Under the pieces are notes generated by a model that was not told where the DNA came from, did no database searches, and worked only from the letters and a program-made list of their open reading frames with translations. Both the position numbers and the translations under genes were made by a program. Positions 1 to 9,921 of a stretch of 64,000 bases of DNA are shown here, one piece after another. This DNA comes from a virus. Positions within the stretch are counted from its first letter, which is position 1. The number at the start of each line of letters is the position of its first letter. The stretch is taken from positions 1-64,000 of IMG/VR virus record IMGVR_UViG_3300036768_001133, one strand, 5' to 3'.

Positions 1-278
<278 letters not shown>

Positions 279-280
279 AA

Positions 281-490
281 CTATTCTATTTTATTTTCTG
301 TATGATTATTAGATTGTTTATTGCTATTACCGTATAATAACAAACTGATAATAGGTACTAAAAAAGCAGTAATTTCAGCAAACGTTGCTTTTTCATCATA
401 GACAAAATATAATGAAGCTACAATAATAAACAAGACTGCTATAAATGAAGAAGTCTTATGTCTGTAAATATTTCTTATATCAAAGTTCAT
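281..490 (-). CDS. Putative holin (2 TM)
   Basis: 69 aa, two hydrophobic segments, polar C-tail, downstream of the endolysin. Confidence 0.55.
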   Translation of the reverse strand: MNFDIRNIYRHKTSSFIAVLFIIVASLYFVYDEKATFAEITAFLVPIISLLLYGNSNKQSNNHTENKIE

Positions 491-491
491 A

Positions 492-776
492 TTACCTTAC
501 ACTATTACGTTCTAACTTTAACATAATTTCTTGTAATATCTTTTCTACATTATCAAATCTATTATAGATTTTCTCTTCTAATTCGTCGTGAACTTCTTTT
601 ATATTTGAAATTTCTTTGCCTACATATGCATTTGTTTTTTCTAATTCTTTTGATAAAACTTCTGATTTAATTTCTAATTTCAAAAGTCTTTCTCTCATAA
701 TAATATATGCTGACATTATAGAAAAAATAACAGATAAAACAACAGTGATAATGTTTAATATAGTATTAGTTTCCAT
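492..776 (-). CDS. Membrane protein (N-terminal TM plus coiled coil), holin/antiholin-like
   Basis: ILNIITVVLSVIFSIMSAYIIM followed by a heptad-rich region; adjacent to the endolysin. Confidence 0.5.
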   Translation of the reverse strand: METNTILNIITVVLSVIFSIMSAYIIMRERLLKLEIKSEVLSKELEKTNAYVGKEISNIKEVHDELEEKIYNRFDNVEKILQEIMLKLERNSVR

Positions 777-777
777 A

Positions 778-1353
778 TCATATTTCTTTTGGGAATGAAT
801 TTAATCTATTTAGCCAGCCTTTCAAAAATATACTCATTGCAGGATTTCTTTTTACTATATCTCTATAAAACTGCTCTCTTGCTAACCACACTCTTTTGTA
901 AAGTTCTTTACTATATTTATTGATAGCAGTAATAGTTCTAGTTCCACAAATCCCATCAGCAACTAATTTTTCGCCTAAATCATTAAGTATCCTTTGTACT
1001 CTGATAATAGCTATTCCTGCTCCGCTATTGATACACCAATCGCATATCAGTTCAGCAAGTTTTTGATTTTCTATTAGGTGCATATTGTTAGCATACCAAA
1101 ACTGACGCTCATAAATCGCTTCAGCGTCCTTTTCGGTAATGCGTTTTACGTCCTCGCAAGTGATGATACCATCGCCGTTTTTATCATAACCAAAAGTTTT
1201 CCACGTGTGAATAGTAATACCATATTTAGTACAACCCCCTGGATCTTCTTTATAGTCTGCATAACCACCTTCCCAACGAAGAATGTGCGGGAAAAAAGGC
1301 TTAAACTCTGCCATATTATTTCTTTTTACTTGTTTTCGTTTTTGGTTTTTCAC
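778..1353 (-). CDS. Endolysin, glycoside hydrolase family 108 with C-terminal peptidoglycan-binding domain (likely true start MAEFK at 1314)
   Basis: EGGY motif, DPGGCTKYGIT, DxxINSG, LVADGICGTRT, FLKGWLNR. Confidence 0.9.
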   Translation of the reverse strand: MKNQKRKQVKRNNMAEFKPFFPHILRWEGGYADYKEDPGGCTKYGITIHTWKTFGYDKNGDGIITCEDVKRITEKDAEAIYERQFWYANNMHLIENQKLAELICDWCINSGAGIAIIRVQRILNDLGEKLVADGICGTRTITAINKYSKELYKRVWLAREQFYRDIVKRNPAMSIFLKGWLNRLNSFPKEI

Positions 1354-1693
1354 TTGCTTTTTCTTCTTGTGAGTTTTCTGTTTCTTCTTCCAAAGTCATT
1401 AGCTTTTTTACAAACTTTTCTTTTTCAGTAGCTTCTTTCTTAATACTTAATAAAAATTCATATGTTTTTTCTTTGAAAGAACTATAAGAATATTTATTAC
1501 CTTCTTTGTCTGAAATAACAAAATCTCCTTTATCGTCGTTTTCTATGATAAAGAAGATTTGGTTTTTAGCATTATTGCTATCTACAAAGAATAGCTCTAT
1601 GCTTGTAGAAAAATTAACAGAAAATCCTGTTTCTTTAAGCAAGTGTAATTCATCAGCAGTAAGCAAATCCCAAAATTTACGTAATCCGTTCAT
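1316..1693 (-). CDS. Hypothetical protein
   Basis: 125-aa ORF tightly packed in the operon. Confidence 0.6.
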   Translation of the reverse strand: MNGLRKFWDLLTADELHLLKETGFSVNFSTSIELFFVDSNNAKNQIFFIIENDDKGDFVISDKEGNKYSYSSFKEKTYEFLLSIKKEATEKEKFVKKLMTLEEETENSQEEKASEKPKTKTSKKK

Positions 1694-1696
1694 AAA

Positions 1697-2062
1697 CTAT
1701 AAAGCTATTAAGGTTAAACCAATGATAACAACTATTAAGATAAAATTTTTTTTGCGTATATTCTTGATTTTTTTTTCTTGATATAGTATAGTGTTTTCTT
1801 TATCAGATATTACACTATTTAATTTTGTTATGATATTGTTTGAGCTTTTTATACTATCTAATAGCAAACTATTTTTATCCTCTAATAGACCTATAATTTT
1901 AGCACGTATATTAAGCAGGCTATCTCTATACTCTATATTACGTACTAAAATTTTACCATAATACATAGCTTTTTTTAAGCTATCACAGCAATACGCTTGC
2001 GAATATAATGTATTAGATAGAAAAATAAATCCTAATAATATGATAGTTTTTACTTGAACCAT
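1697..2062 (-). CDS. Putative spanin-like/lysis accessory protein
   Basis: Signal-peptide-like N-terminus (..LYS|Q), coiled coil, C-terminal TM. Confidence 0.45.
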   Translation of the reverse strand: MVQVKTIILLGFIFLSNTLYSQAYCCDSLKKAMYYGKILVRNIEYRDSLLNIRAKIIGLLEDKNSLLLDSIKSSNNIITKLNSVISDKENTILYQEKKIKNIRKKNFILIVVIIGLTLIAL

Positions 2063-2328
2063 TCTATTGCCTTTTCAACTTCACCTTTTTCACGTTCAAT
2101 AATTTTATACAATATACTATCTTTCAAAGATAACTCTAATGTATAAACTTTATTTTCAAGCATTATATTTTTCTTTTCCAATAATTTGATATACTTATCT
2201 TTCTTTTTTACTATCTCTGATAACTCTTTGTAAGTCTTATCTTTTGCATAGTACAAATATAAGAATATTAAAAATAAAAAAGAAACAAGTATTAAAAAAA
2301 AATTAGTATAGTTAATTTTCATAATCAC
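2050..2328 (-). CDS. Putative i-spanin-like protein
   Basis: N-terminal TM plus coiled coil, overlaps the next lysis gene. Confidence 0.45.
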   Translation of the reverse strand: MIMKINYTNFFLILVSFLFLIFLYLYYAKDKTYKELSEIVKKKDKYIKLLEKKNIMLENKVYTLELSLKDSILYKIIEREKGEVEKAIEWFK

Positions 2329-2698
2329 TATTCTTTTGTAATATAAATTCCTTAAACTCTTTTAATAGCTTTTCAGAATGTTTGATTAGTTCATAATACT
2401 GACTTTCTGCTTCCCAATCTATTTTATTTACTTTGCCTTCCAAATCATAAAAAGTCTTTATTACTCTTTCTAACTCTTTTAAGAAAGCCTTTGCTTTATA
2501 TTTTAAGTCTTGCTTAAACAAATATGTTTCTTGTAATACATCTATACTTTCAATTAAGATTGATGTACAGATAATCGCATTTAGCATTGCTTCATATTGC
2601 TTTTCTTTTATTATCATCATAAGTACAAAAACTTTGAACTTTGCTTTCTTACAAAATCTTGCGGTGTAATTAAACTTATATCTTTCCAATCTGTACAA
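2312..2698 (-). CDS. Hypothetical protein (probable start about 2620)
   Basis: ORF; MMIIKEK start overlaps the upstream stop. Confidence 0.55.
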   Translation of the reverse strand: MYRLERYKFNYTARFCKKAKFKVFVLMMIIKEKQYEAMLNAIICTSILIESIDVLQETYLFKQDLKYKAKAFLKELERVIKTFYDLEGKVNKIDWEAESQYYELIKHSEKLLKEFKEFILQKNSDYEN

Positions 2699-3111
2699 AA
2701 ATAATTTGCATATTTTTGTACTAACTCACTACATATAAATCTATTCTCTTTGCCTATAAAAAGAAAATCTAATCCTAATTTTTTAGCAATAGCTATTCTC
2801 AATAATAAAAAATAATCATATCCTATATGTCTATTCCCCTGCCAATACCATAGCATACTTTTAATAGCAAATGGTATAATATGTACATCTTTGGGTCTAA
2901 TAATAAGCTGTTTAGGATATACATCTAATCTCTTTTCAATAGGTACTATTTCTATACCTTTGCTCCACATATCTAATATAAATATCTCTTGACTAATAGA
3001 TATACATATCCCTATATGCGTGTATTCTGCATTATCAAAATAACGCACTAATTTCCCCATTAAACCACTACTACCTCCAAATAATACTATGTCTCCTTCT
3101 TTAAAAAACAT
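2617..3111 (-). CDS. Permuted papain-like amidase (YiiX/YaeF, permuted NlpC/P60)
   Basis: GDIVLF, YTHIGI (His), GYDY, FICSELV (Cys) in permuted order. Confidence 0.85.
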   Translation of the reverse strand: MFFKEGDIVLFGGSSGLMGKLVRYFDNAEYTHIGICISISQEIFILDMWSKGIEIVPIEKRLDVYPKQLIIRPKDVHIIPFAIKSMLWYWQGNRHIGYDYFLLLRIAIAKKLGLDFLFIGKENRFICSELVQKYANYFCTDWKDISLITPQDFVRKQSSKFLYL

Positions 3112-3112
3112 A

Positions 3113-4054
3113 TTAAATAAAATGAGATTTTAATATACATTCTACCCTATCTACTTTTATGCTTCTTGCAAGCGGTGTAGGCTGTGTGCCATTTCTTGCA
3201 AGCAATGCACCAAAGCTCATATTCAAAGTCGCTAAGGCAGGATACGTAACAAAAAAATTAGGAAATGTATTTTCGTAAGTTGTTGTACCATCTGAACAAT
3301 AAATATACAAACTTGTATTTCTCTTTTCTATTCCTAATCTTACATATCTATTATCAGTGCTATCAAAAGGCACAGTAGTATCTAATACTAATAAATCCGA
3401 ACCTCCTATGCGAACTATAAATTTCATAAAGCTACTTTCCCCTACACGAGGGCATCTGAAAAAGATACCATTAGCAGTAATAGCTGCAAAAGTTTGCAAA
3501 AAACCCACCGCTTGAAACACATTGTCCGTTGCAACATTTATCAATCCATTTACAAAAGCTACTTCTGCATAGTATCCAAAATTAACACTATCGTATAATC
3601 TAATTCCACTACTATTATAAAAGCCTGCCCTTGACGAAGCAGTAGTAGTTATATTTAAGCGTGTTATGCCTAAACGACCCAAAGGTAATGTACTATTAAA
3701 ATTAGGTTGCTCTTCAAATAGATCTTGCACTACCGTCCCACCAAAAGCGGTACTTGTAAGAAATTGTAATGCAGAACCTACTGCATTACCAATAAAATTT
3801 TCTGTTACCCAATTTCTTAAATTAGCTTCTACATATCCTTCGGCAGCTATATTCCTCCAACTAATATTGTCCCTATACTGCAACTTGTTCGTCGTAGTAT
3901 TATAGACCATATCTCCTATTTGTGGGACAATAGAAAGTATTTGAGCATCTGTATTATTAGGCATACGTACTACATCTGCATTAGCAGTATCTACACGCTT
4001 AATAAAAGGTTCATCATCTACAAATACTTGTCTTGTTAAATAATGTCTTGACAT
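3113..4054 (-). CDS. Putative tail fibre/receptor-binding protein
   Basis: Fibre-like GDMVYNTTTNKLQYRDNISW motif plus beta-rich, lectin-like C-terminal region. Confidence 0.55.
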   Translation of the reverse strand: MSRHYLTRQVFVDDEPFIKRVDTANADVVRMPNNTDAQILSIVPQIGDMVYNTTTNKLQYRDNISWRNIAAEGYVEANLRNWVTENFIGNAVGSALQFLTSTAFGGTVVQDLFEEQPNFNSTLPLGRLGITRLNITTTASSRAGFYNSSGIRLYDSVNFGYYAEVAFVNGLINVATDNVFQAVGFLQTFAAITANGIFFRCPRVGESSFMKFIVRIGGSDLLVLDTTVPFDSTDNRYVRLGIEKRNTSLYIYCSDGTTTYENTFPNFFVTYPALATLNMSFGALLARNGTQPTPLARSIKVDRVECILKSHFI

Positions 4055-4494
4055 TAGTCTAACATTTTTAAGTTATCAGCCCTTGTAACTATATTAGCTA
4101 TTAAATGATTGATAGATATTGTACTATTTCTTAAAAATTCAAAAAAAGTGTATTCCCCTACAATACTTGCTCCTTCTCTTTGTTTAGGGATTTTTTTCTT
4201 ATATGTAATTGTTTCTCCATTCTCTTCCATTACTTCTTCCACCTCTTCCCATTCAACATAATCCCCATTATCGCTATACACTAAACTATTGTTAGTAGCT
4301 ATTAGCTGTCTTGCATAATCTAAATTTGGCAAATATACTTTATTGCCTTCATCATCAAGATAATAATGCAAAACTTCTAATACCAAACTTACAAATTTCT
4401 CTCTTGTATGAAAGGTGAAAAATAACTCTTTTGCTTCTCTCTTTATTTCTCTTGCATTGTATTGCAAATAAGAATTTGAAATATTAAATATCAT
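4054..4494 (-). CDS. Hypothetical protein
   Basis: 146-aa ORF coupled to the fibre gene. Confidence 0.6.
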   Translation of the reverse strand: MIFNISNSYLQYNAREIKREAKELFFTFHTREKFVSLVLEVLHYYLDDEGNKVYLPNLDYARQLIATNNSLVYSDNGDYVEWEEVEEVMEENGETITYKKKIPKQREGASIVGEYTFFEFLRNSTISINHLIANIVTRADNLKMLD

Positions 4495-4727
4495 AACTTA
4501 AATATTTTAATAGCTACCCATTTAAATATCATAAATACAAATATGCCTAATGAAACATATAATAGACATAAAGAAAATATATCTGTTATAGACCAATCAT
4601 AAATATCTAATATGACATTTATCTTTTCATCTTGCATATTAAATACCATTACACGTATAGTAATAGATACTATGATACCTAATACACTATACATTATCAT
4701 ACTGCTTGAATTAAATAGGTTTTTCAT
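4491..4727 (-). CDS. Small membrane protein (2 TM)
   Basis: Two hydrophobic segments. Confidence 0.55.
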   Translation of the reverse strand: MKNLFNSSSMIMYSVLGIIVSITIRVMVFNMQDEKINVILDIYDWSITDIFSLCLLYVSLGIFVFMIFKWVAIKIFKL

Positions 4728-4730
4728 ATA

Positions 4731-5618
4731 TTATAGAAAATTACCTGTAATTAAATTACTATCTATAATAATACCATTGTAACTATCAGGGATACGACCA
4801 CTTGTAATATGTTGCAATAGCACACAATTTTGCATTTCAAGTCTTGTAATGTTAGGATTAGTGCTATCGCAAACACTTGGCAATGTATTGTGTATTATAC
4901 AATTTTTATAGCTTATTTCTGTTGTTCCTGCACTTCCACTTAAACTATCAAATCTATGATAATGTAACGTCGTATTTTCTCCTAAAATACAATTATCAAA
5001 AACAACTTTTCCGCTATTTATTCTGGCAATAAGTTTGCGTGTCCTATAGTTGTAAAAATGCATAAAATATCCTGTGCTTATTGCAGGCATATTAGTATAC
5101 GTAGTACATTCACTTATATCGGCTCTACTTCCATAAGCCGCTGAAATATTATATCCTTGTATTAAAGAACTCTTTGCAAATAAATTTAAAGTGCTTGAAG
5201 TATTTATTGTAAGTGTAAAACCAATAAGAACACTTTTAATAGATAAATATCCACTGCAATTTGTAGCATTAAGATTTAAAATATAGCCGTTATTACCTCC
5301 TCCTACAATATCTATATATGAACAACTAACTAAATTTATAGTAGATATTTTATTTATTACATTATCATTATTTATTTCATAATATATGAAAATATCATTT
5401 CTACTGCTTAACGTATAACTTCCATTATAGTCCCCATTAAAAATATGTATACAATCCCCATTTTGACAAATATCAAAAGCCCTTTGCAAAGATACAGGCT
5501 TATTTATCTTTCCTAATGCTTGTGCTCTTGTAAGCGTTGTACTACCATTTTCACTTACAAATAATGTTCGTCCTATACTTGGTATTTTCTCACCTGCACT
5601 AATTAAATCTATCCCCAT
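4731..5618 (-). CDS. Beta-helix (pectin-lyase-like) tailspike-type protein
   Basis: TLFVSENG...SLQRAFD...GDCIHIFNGDY cap motif; NCI/NCV stacking repeats. Confidence 0.6.
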   Translation of the reverse strand: MGIDLISAGEKIPSIGRTLFVSENGSTTLTRAQALGKINKPVSLQRAFDICQNGDCIHIFNGDYNGSYTLSSRNDIFIYYEINNDNVINKISTINLVSCSYIDIVGGGNNGYILNLNATNCSGYLSIKSVLIGFTLTINTSSTLNLFAKSSLIQGYNISAAYGSRADISECTTYTNMPAISTGYFMHFYNYRTRKLIARINSGKVVFDNCILGENTTLHYHRFDSLSGSAGTTEISYKNCIIHNTLPSVCDSTNPNITRLEMQNCVLLQHITSGRIPDSYNGIIIDSNLITGNFL

Positions 5619-5620
5619 AA

Positions 5621-6427
5621 TTAGTATTGCATTTCTATTATTCTTAACTGACCCGAAGTTACTGAAAAGTTAATGCTTGGCAATGCTTGTCTATGCTGAC
5701 TATTTGCCGTAAATATTATTGGTGGAAAAGTCTCATCATAAAATAACCCATTGATAGTACCAGCTCCTCCACTATGAAATATAAACGCTACACTATAAAT
5801 TCCTGAACTTGTCGCTCCAAAAAAAGGTGCAGTGTAATCAAACTGCAAAATATTATGAAAACTTAATGGACTTGGCGAAGATATGAAATTGTATATCCCT
5901 GTTACATTTGTATCTATATTTGCTATATAAGATAATATAGATGCTATATTAGCATCTATATTTCCCATATATACATTGATACTTGCAACATCTGTTTGTA
6001 TTGTACTTAATATAGTGCTAATACCTGTTAAAGTGCTATCCATATTGACTAAAGTACTATCTATATTAGACAATGTACTATCCATATTAGTAGTAGTATT
6101 GTCTATACTTGTTAATAGTACCTCTAAATCTTGTATGTTTGTATCTATGTTAGTAAGAAGTGCATCTATATTAGCTATATTAGTATCTATATTAGATAGG
6201 TATGTATTTGTAGTAGTTATCAAACTTTCAACATCATCTACCGAATTGTATATGTTTGCAAGTGTACTATTAGTAACTACTAATTTATTATCTATATCTT
6301 GTAATTCTGCTAATATAGCATTTAACTCGGCAGAACAATTACAACCACTCACAGAGGTTAGTAGTTCTATTATTCGCCTTGTCCTTAACTCTATCTGCTT
6401 AATGTTATCAAATTGCTCTGACTTCAT
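5621..6427 (-). CDS. Long heptad-repeat coiled-coil protein (fibre shaft-like)
   Basis: 7-aa periodicity NIDTNIA/NIDSTLV/NMDSTLS over more than 100 aa; beta-rich C-terminal domain. Confidence 0.65.
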   Translation of the reverse strand: MKSEQFDNIKQIELRTRRIIELLTSVSGCNCSAELNAILAELQDIDNKLVVTNSTLANIYNSVDDVESLITTTNTYLSNIDTNIANIDALLTNIDTNIQDLEVLLTSIDNTTTNMDSTLSNIDSTLVNMDSTLTGISTILSTIQTDVASINVYMGNIDANIASILSYIANIDTNVTGIYNFISSPSPLSFHNILQFDYTAPFFGATSSGIYSVAFIFHSGGAGTINGLFYDETFPPIIFTANSQHRQALPSINFSVTSGQLRIIEMQY

Positions 6428-8706
6428 AGCACATTTTTAATTTCTTTTCTTCTTATTATTTCTTTACTTTTTTGCTCTAATGCCACTGCATTCTCATATT
6501 CTTTCCTTTCCAAATTTAATAACTCTTGTTTTAACTTCAAAATTTCTTGCTTATATTTTTTATCTATTTCATTCTTTTCTTTCTCTAATTGTGCTTTCTG
6601 TAAGTTTTCATTCCTTGCTATCTCTAACTCTAACATCTTTATTTCTTTCATCTCTTTTAGTTTCATCTGTTCTATTTGCAGTTTTATCTCCATCTCTTTC
6701 ATCTTCATTTCCATTTCTTTGTCAGGTTGATTGGCTTGCTGTTGCTTCATAGCTTCCATTTGCTTTTCTGCTTCCTCTATCTTTGATAATATCTTACTTT
6801 CTAACTCATTTATACTATCTACCTTTAATAACCTAATTATATCACTTGCTTTCATCATTTGATTTTGCATCATACTTCCTAACATACCTTTTAATTCCTC
6901 AAAATACCTATTCTCTTTTACATTGTCCGTCATAAATATACCATAATCAGCAAGCAAGAAATCCTGACTTAACTTAAATATTTCCTGTTTCCCATCTCCT
7001 AATACATATGTTAAAGGCGTATTAACATTATGAATGTAATAATAATGTTTAGCATAATTCAAAAATCCTTCTAATACTTCCTTAAACACTTTGCTTTGAA
7101 AATAATATAATACTGCTGTGGCATAACTTCCTTGCCTTATTGCTCTATCTATCTGCCCTACTAAATCTTTTTGAAACATTTGTCCTTGCCTTTGCCTATT
7201 AAATCCACTTATCCTATCTACTTCATTTCTAATATCCTCTAACATTTGCGTTATTACAGATATACTTGCATCTAAACTATCATTATAGCTTTGAAATTGA
7301 TTAAACTGCCCTTGTCCTAATGAACTATCTATTATTAACAATCCTAACTTTCTGTAATACAATAAATCGTGTAATTCTAAACCTTTTGGTAATTGCGATA
7401 TATCATATATTACCCCTTTTACACCACTTAAAGCTATCATTCGTTCTCTATGATAGTTTAAGATATTATACAACTCTTGCAAATCCTTTAAATAATATAC
7501 TAAACTAAACTCCTCGCCTGTACTATCTATCTTAAACTCTAATCCCCCATAATGCAACTTGACATAATAAGGATTGCTAAATGAACGCATTTGTATATTA
7601 CTCTTCCCTATCTTATCCCATACATATATATCACTACCTATACAAACAAACTCATACAATTCTTGCATATACCTGCTCTCTTTACTCTTTATCGTTTTTC
7701 TATTAACATTATCTTTTTCTGTTAATAGCTTTACATAATTGACACCATATTTCCCTTCTATTTCAGCAAGTATTCGTTTAGATATGCTCTTCCATTGACC
7801 AATATACACCTCTATCTTATCTTGTGTATCTTGCAAATAATAATTTGGATTGTATCCTAAATCTTGATAATAACTCTTTACCATCTCTACAAAATGATAA
7901 TACTCGTTAGTAAGATAGTAATTTGATTGCCTATCTAACTTTTCTTTATCTTCATCAGTCAAATAATCTTGGTATCTATCTAATATCTGTTCCCTTGTCA
8001 AATATAAACGCTCACAAATCCAATTGCTATCTGCTATGTTTTCTATCCCTTCCTCGTTAGAATATACTAAATTGTAACTTGGTATTACCCTAATCCCTAT
8101 CTTACTTTTATAGTTTCCTTCCTCATATCTCCAAAAACACTTACCTACTTCTAATATACTCGCAAATAAAGCAGTCCTTATCCCCTTAAAATCTAAACTT
8201 AACTCAAAATATTTTAATAACTTCTCACATAATATTTCTACTTCCATTAAATAATCTCGCCCTATATTTTCTTTTAATTGCCTTAACTTACGCTCATCTA
8301 ATACCTCCATCTGCTTTGCACCCGCTAATGCCTTCTCAAACTCGTTATACAAAAACTTCATTAACTCTATATGTACCTTGTACTCCTTATACAATAACCC
8401 ATCTTCATCTATCCTACGTATATGATAATTGTATATCTGCTCCGTCTCCTCCCCTAATGCTACCTGCAAAACAGGTCTTATTAAAGGATAATTCTTTAAC
8501 TTTACAGGATACTCCTTCCCAAACTCCTTTGTAATATACTCAAACTTCTTTTCCGATAAATTACCCTGCAAAATATTATACACTAAATAGTCCTTTACCC
8601 TCCTGCTATAATAATGATTAAAACTATTCCTTATAGCATCTATATTCTCCTTTAACCAATCCCTATTCTTGTCCTTTTCTGATATGTTCTGTCTTGGTAA
8701 TAACAT
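6424..8706 (-). CDS. Portal protein (crAss-like)
   Basis: 760 aa; KNYPLIRPVLQVALGEE, LKDLQELYNILNYHRE, ISGFNRQRQGQ, C-terminal coiled coil; downstream of TerL. Confidence 0.88.
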   Translation of the reverse strand: MLLPRQNISEKDKNRDWLKENIDAIRNSFNHYYSRRVKDYLVYNILQGNLSEKKFEYITKEFGKEYPVKLKNYPLIRPVLQVALGEETEQIYNYHIRRIDEDGLLYKEYKVHIELMKFLYNEFEKALAGAKQMEVLDERKLRQLKENIGRDYLMEVEILCEKLLKYFELSLDFKGIRTALFASILEVGKCFWRYEEGNYKSKIGIRVIPSYNLVYSNEEGIENIADSNWICERLYLTREQILDRYQDYLTDEDKEKLDRQSNYYLTNEYYHFVEMVKSYYQDLGYNPNYYLQDTQDKIEVYIGQWKSISKRILAEIEGKYGVNYVKLLTEKDNVNRKTIKSKESRYMQELYEFVCIGSDIYVWDKIGKSNIQMRSFSNPYYVKLHYGGLEFKIDSTGEEFSLVYYLKDLQELYNILNYHRERMIALSGVKGVIYDISQLPKGLELHDLLYYRKLGLLIIDSSLGQGQFNQFQSYNDSLDASISVITQMLEDIRNEVDRISGFNRQRQGQMFQKDLVGQIDRAIRQGSYATAVLYYFQSKVFKEVLEGFLNYAKHYYYIHNVNTPLTYVLGDGKQEIFKLSQDFLLADYGIFMTDNVKENRYFEELKGMLGSMMQNQMMKASDIIRLLKVDSINELESKILSKIEEAEKQMEAMKQQQANQPDKEMEMKMKEMEIKLQIEQMKLKEMKEIKMLELEIARNENLQKAQLEKEKNEIDKKYKQEILKLKQELLNLERKEYENAVALEQKSKEIIRRKEIKNVL

Positions 8707-8729
8707 ATATTAAACACGTTTTTTATACA

Positions 8730-8737
8730 CAAATATA
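8730..8737 (-). promoter_or_regulatory. Bacteroidota sigma-A -7 element (TATATTTG) upstream of the portal gene
   Basis: Matches TAnnTTTG, about 24 bp before the start codon. Confidence 0.55.
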
Positions 8738-8777
8738 AAATTTTTATTTTTCTATCCCTATTACATAATAAAAAAAA

Positions 8778-9227
8778 TTATGTATTAGACCTATTATCAA
8801 ATACATAATCTATTACCTTGCCTCTATCCTTGTAATATCCCTTATAGATAAGTTTAGGGTTTATAGCATATACTCCACGACCTATGCGTATTAAAACATT
8901 ACAAGATACCAAATTATATATGCTTTTTTCTACACACCTTATACTAATACCTAATGTATCCCCTATTATACCCTTATTACGTTTATTTAATACAATATGC
9001 ACCAAATCACTACCATAATAGACCTCTCCTAATAAATAGAATAATATCCTATAATCTGTAATATTCACTAAACAACTACACCAACTCATATCCTCCACAT
9101 ATAACTGCACAAACATTTCTACCTCTACACGCTTCACTATACTACTACGCTCCACTAATACACTACCTCCACCTACATTCGTAGTGTCTAAACGCTCATA
9201 TATTACCTTCCTTGTTCGCTTGGACAT
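8778..9227 (-). CDS. RepL-like winged-helix replication/maintenance protein
   Basis: HTH (IGDTLGISIRCVEKSIYNLVS) plus GRGVYAINPKLIYKG; paralogous to 16239..16721. Confidence 0.75.
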   Translation of the reverse strand: MSKRTRKVIYERLDTTNVGGGSVLVERSSIVKRVEVEMFVQLYVEDMSWCSCLVNITDYRILFYLLGEVYYGSDLVHIVLNKRNKGIIGDTLGISIRCVEKSIYNLVSCNVLIRIGRGVYAINPKLIYKGYYKDRGKVIDYVFDNRSNT

Positions 9228-9254
9228 ATACTATTTTTATATGAAAAAAACTTC

Positions 9255-9320
9255 ATTAACGAACTATTGGTTCGGTATTAACGAACTATTGGTTCGGTAT
9301 TAACGAACTACTGGTTCGGT
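9255..9320. repeat. Iteron-like array A: 3 x 22 bp ATTAACGAACTA(T/C)TGGTTCGGT
   Basis: Tandem copies at 9255, 9277, 9299; internal dyad CGAAC-N5-GTTCG; just upstream of the RepL-like gene. Confidence 0.9.
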
Positions 9321-9481
9321 ACTTTTTTCGTTAATTCCTTATCTATCAAGCAGATACGTATTCATTTGCTATTATCTCACTCTAGCAAAAACTATTACCT
9401 AAAACTACATAAAAAAAATAACAAAAATACCTTATCTAAGGCATATTTGTTACTCCTATGTATAAACCTAACTCCTAAAAA

Positions 9482-9910
9482 CTAATTCTCAACTTTGCTA
9501 ATATCTACCTTTTCAAAATTCATCACTAACCTAAACTTCCCCTTCATCAATATATCACTCACCCTATACAACCCTCTCCTAACCCTCTCTAAAAAACCAT
9601 AATCCTCTAATACCCTCAATATCATTAACAAATATACACGCTTCACACCTAATAACTCCATCAAATACCTCATACCCTCCCTGTCCCTCGTGCTAAATAA
9701 ACCATTCCCATATAATACACTTATCTCATATATAGCCTTCATACAACGTGTAAAATTTATTAAACGCTCATCTCCTAAACCCCTCCCCATCATATAACCC
9801 ATAAACTCTATCATATCATATACATTCCCACCCCCTACAACTACCTCTATATAACCATTCCCTATCTCCCTAAAATTAAAAAACTCCTTTAACTTTACAA
9901 ACCCTTTCAT
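9482..9910 (-). CDS. Putative winged-helix DNA-binding protein
   Basis: LMELLGVKRVYLLMILRVLEDYGFLERVRRGLYRV. Confidence 0.55.
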   Translation of the reverse strand: MKGFVKLKEFFNFREIGNGYIEVVVGGGNVYDMIEFMGYMMGRGLGDERLINFTRCMKAIYEISVLYGNGLFSTRDREGMRYLMELLGVKRVYLLMILRVLEDYGFLERVRRGLYRVSDILMKGKFRLVMNFEKVDISKVEN

Positions 9911-9921
9911 AATATAATAAT

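Noticed and set aside
9260-9318. Gram-positive LexA (Cheo) boxes CGAAC...GTTCG
   Set aside because: The spacer is 5 nt rather than 4, and the inferred host is Bacteroidota; an iteron dyad fits better.
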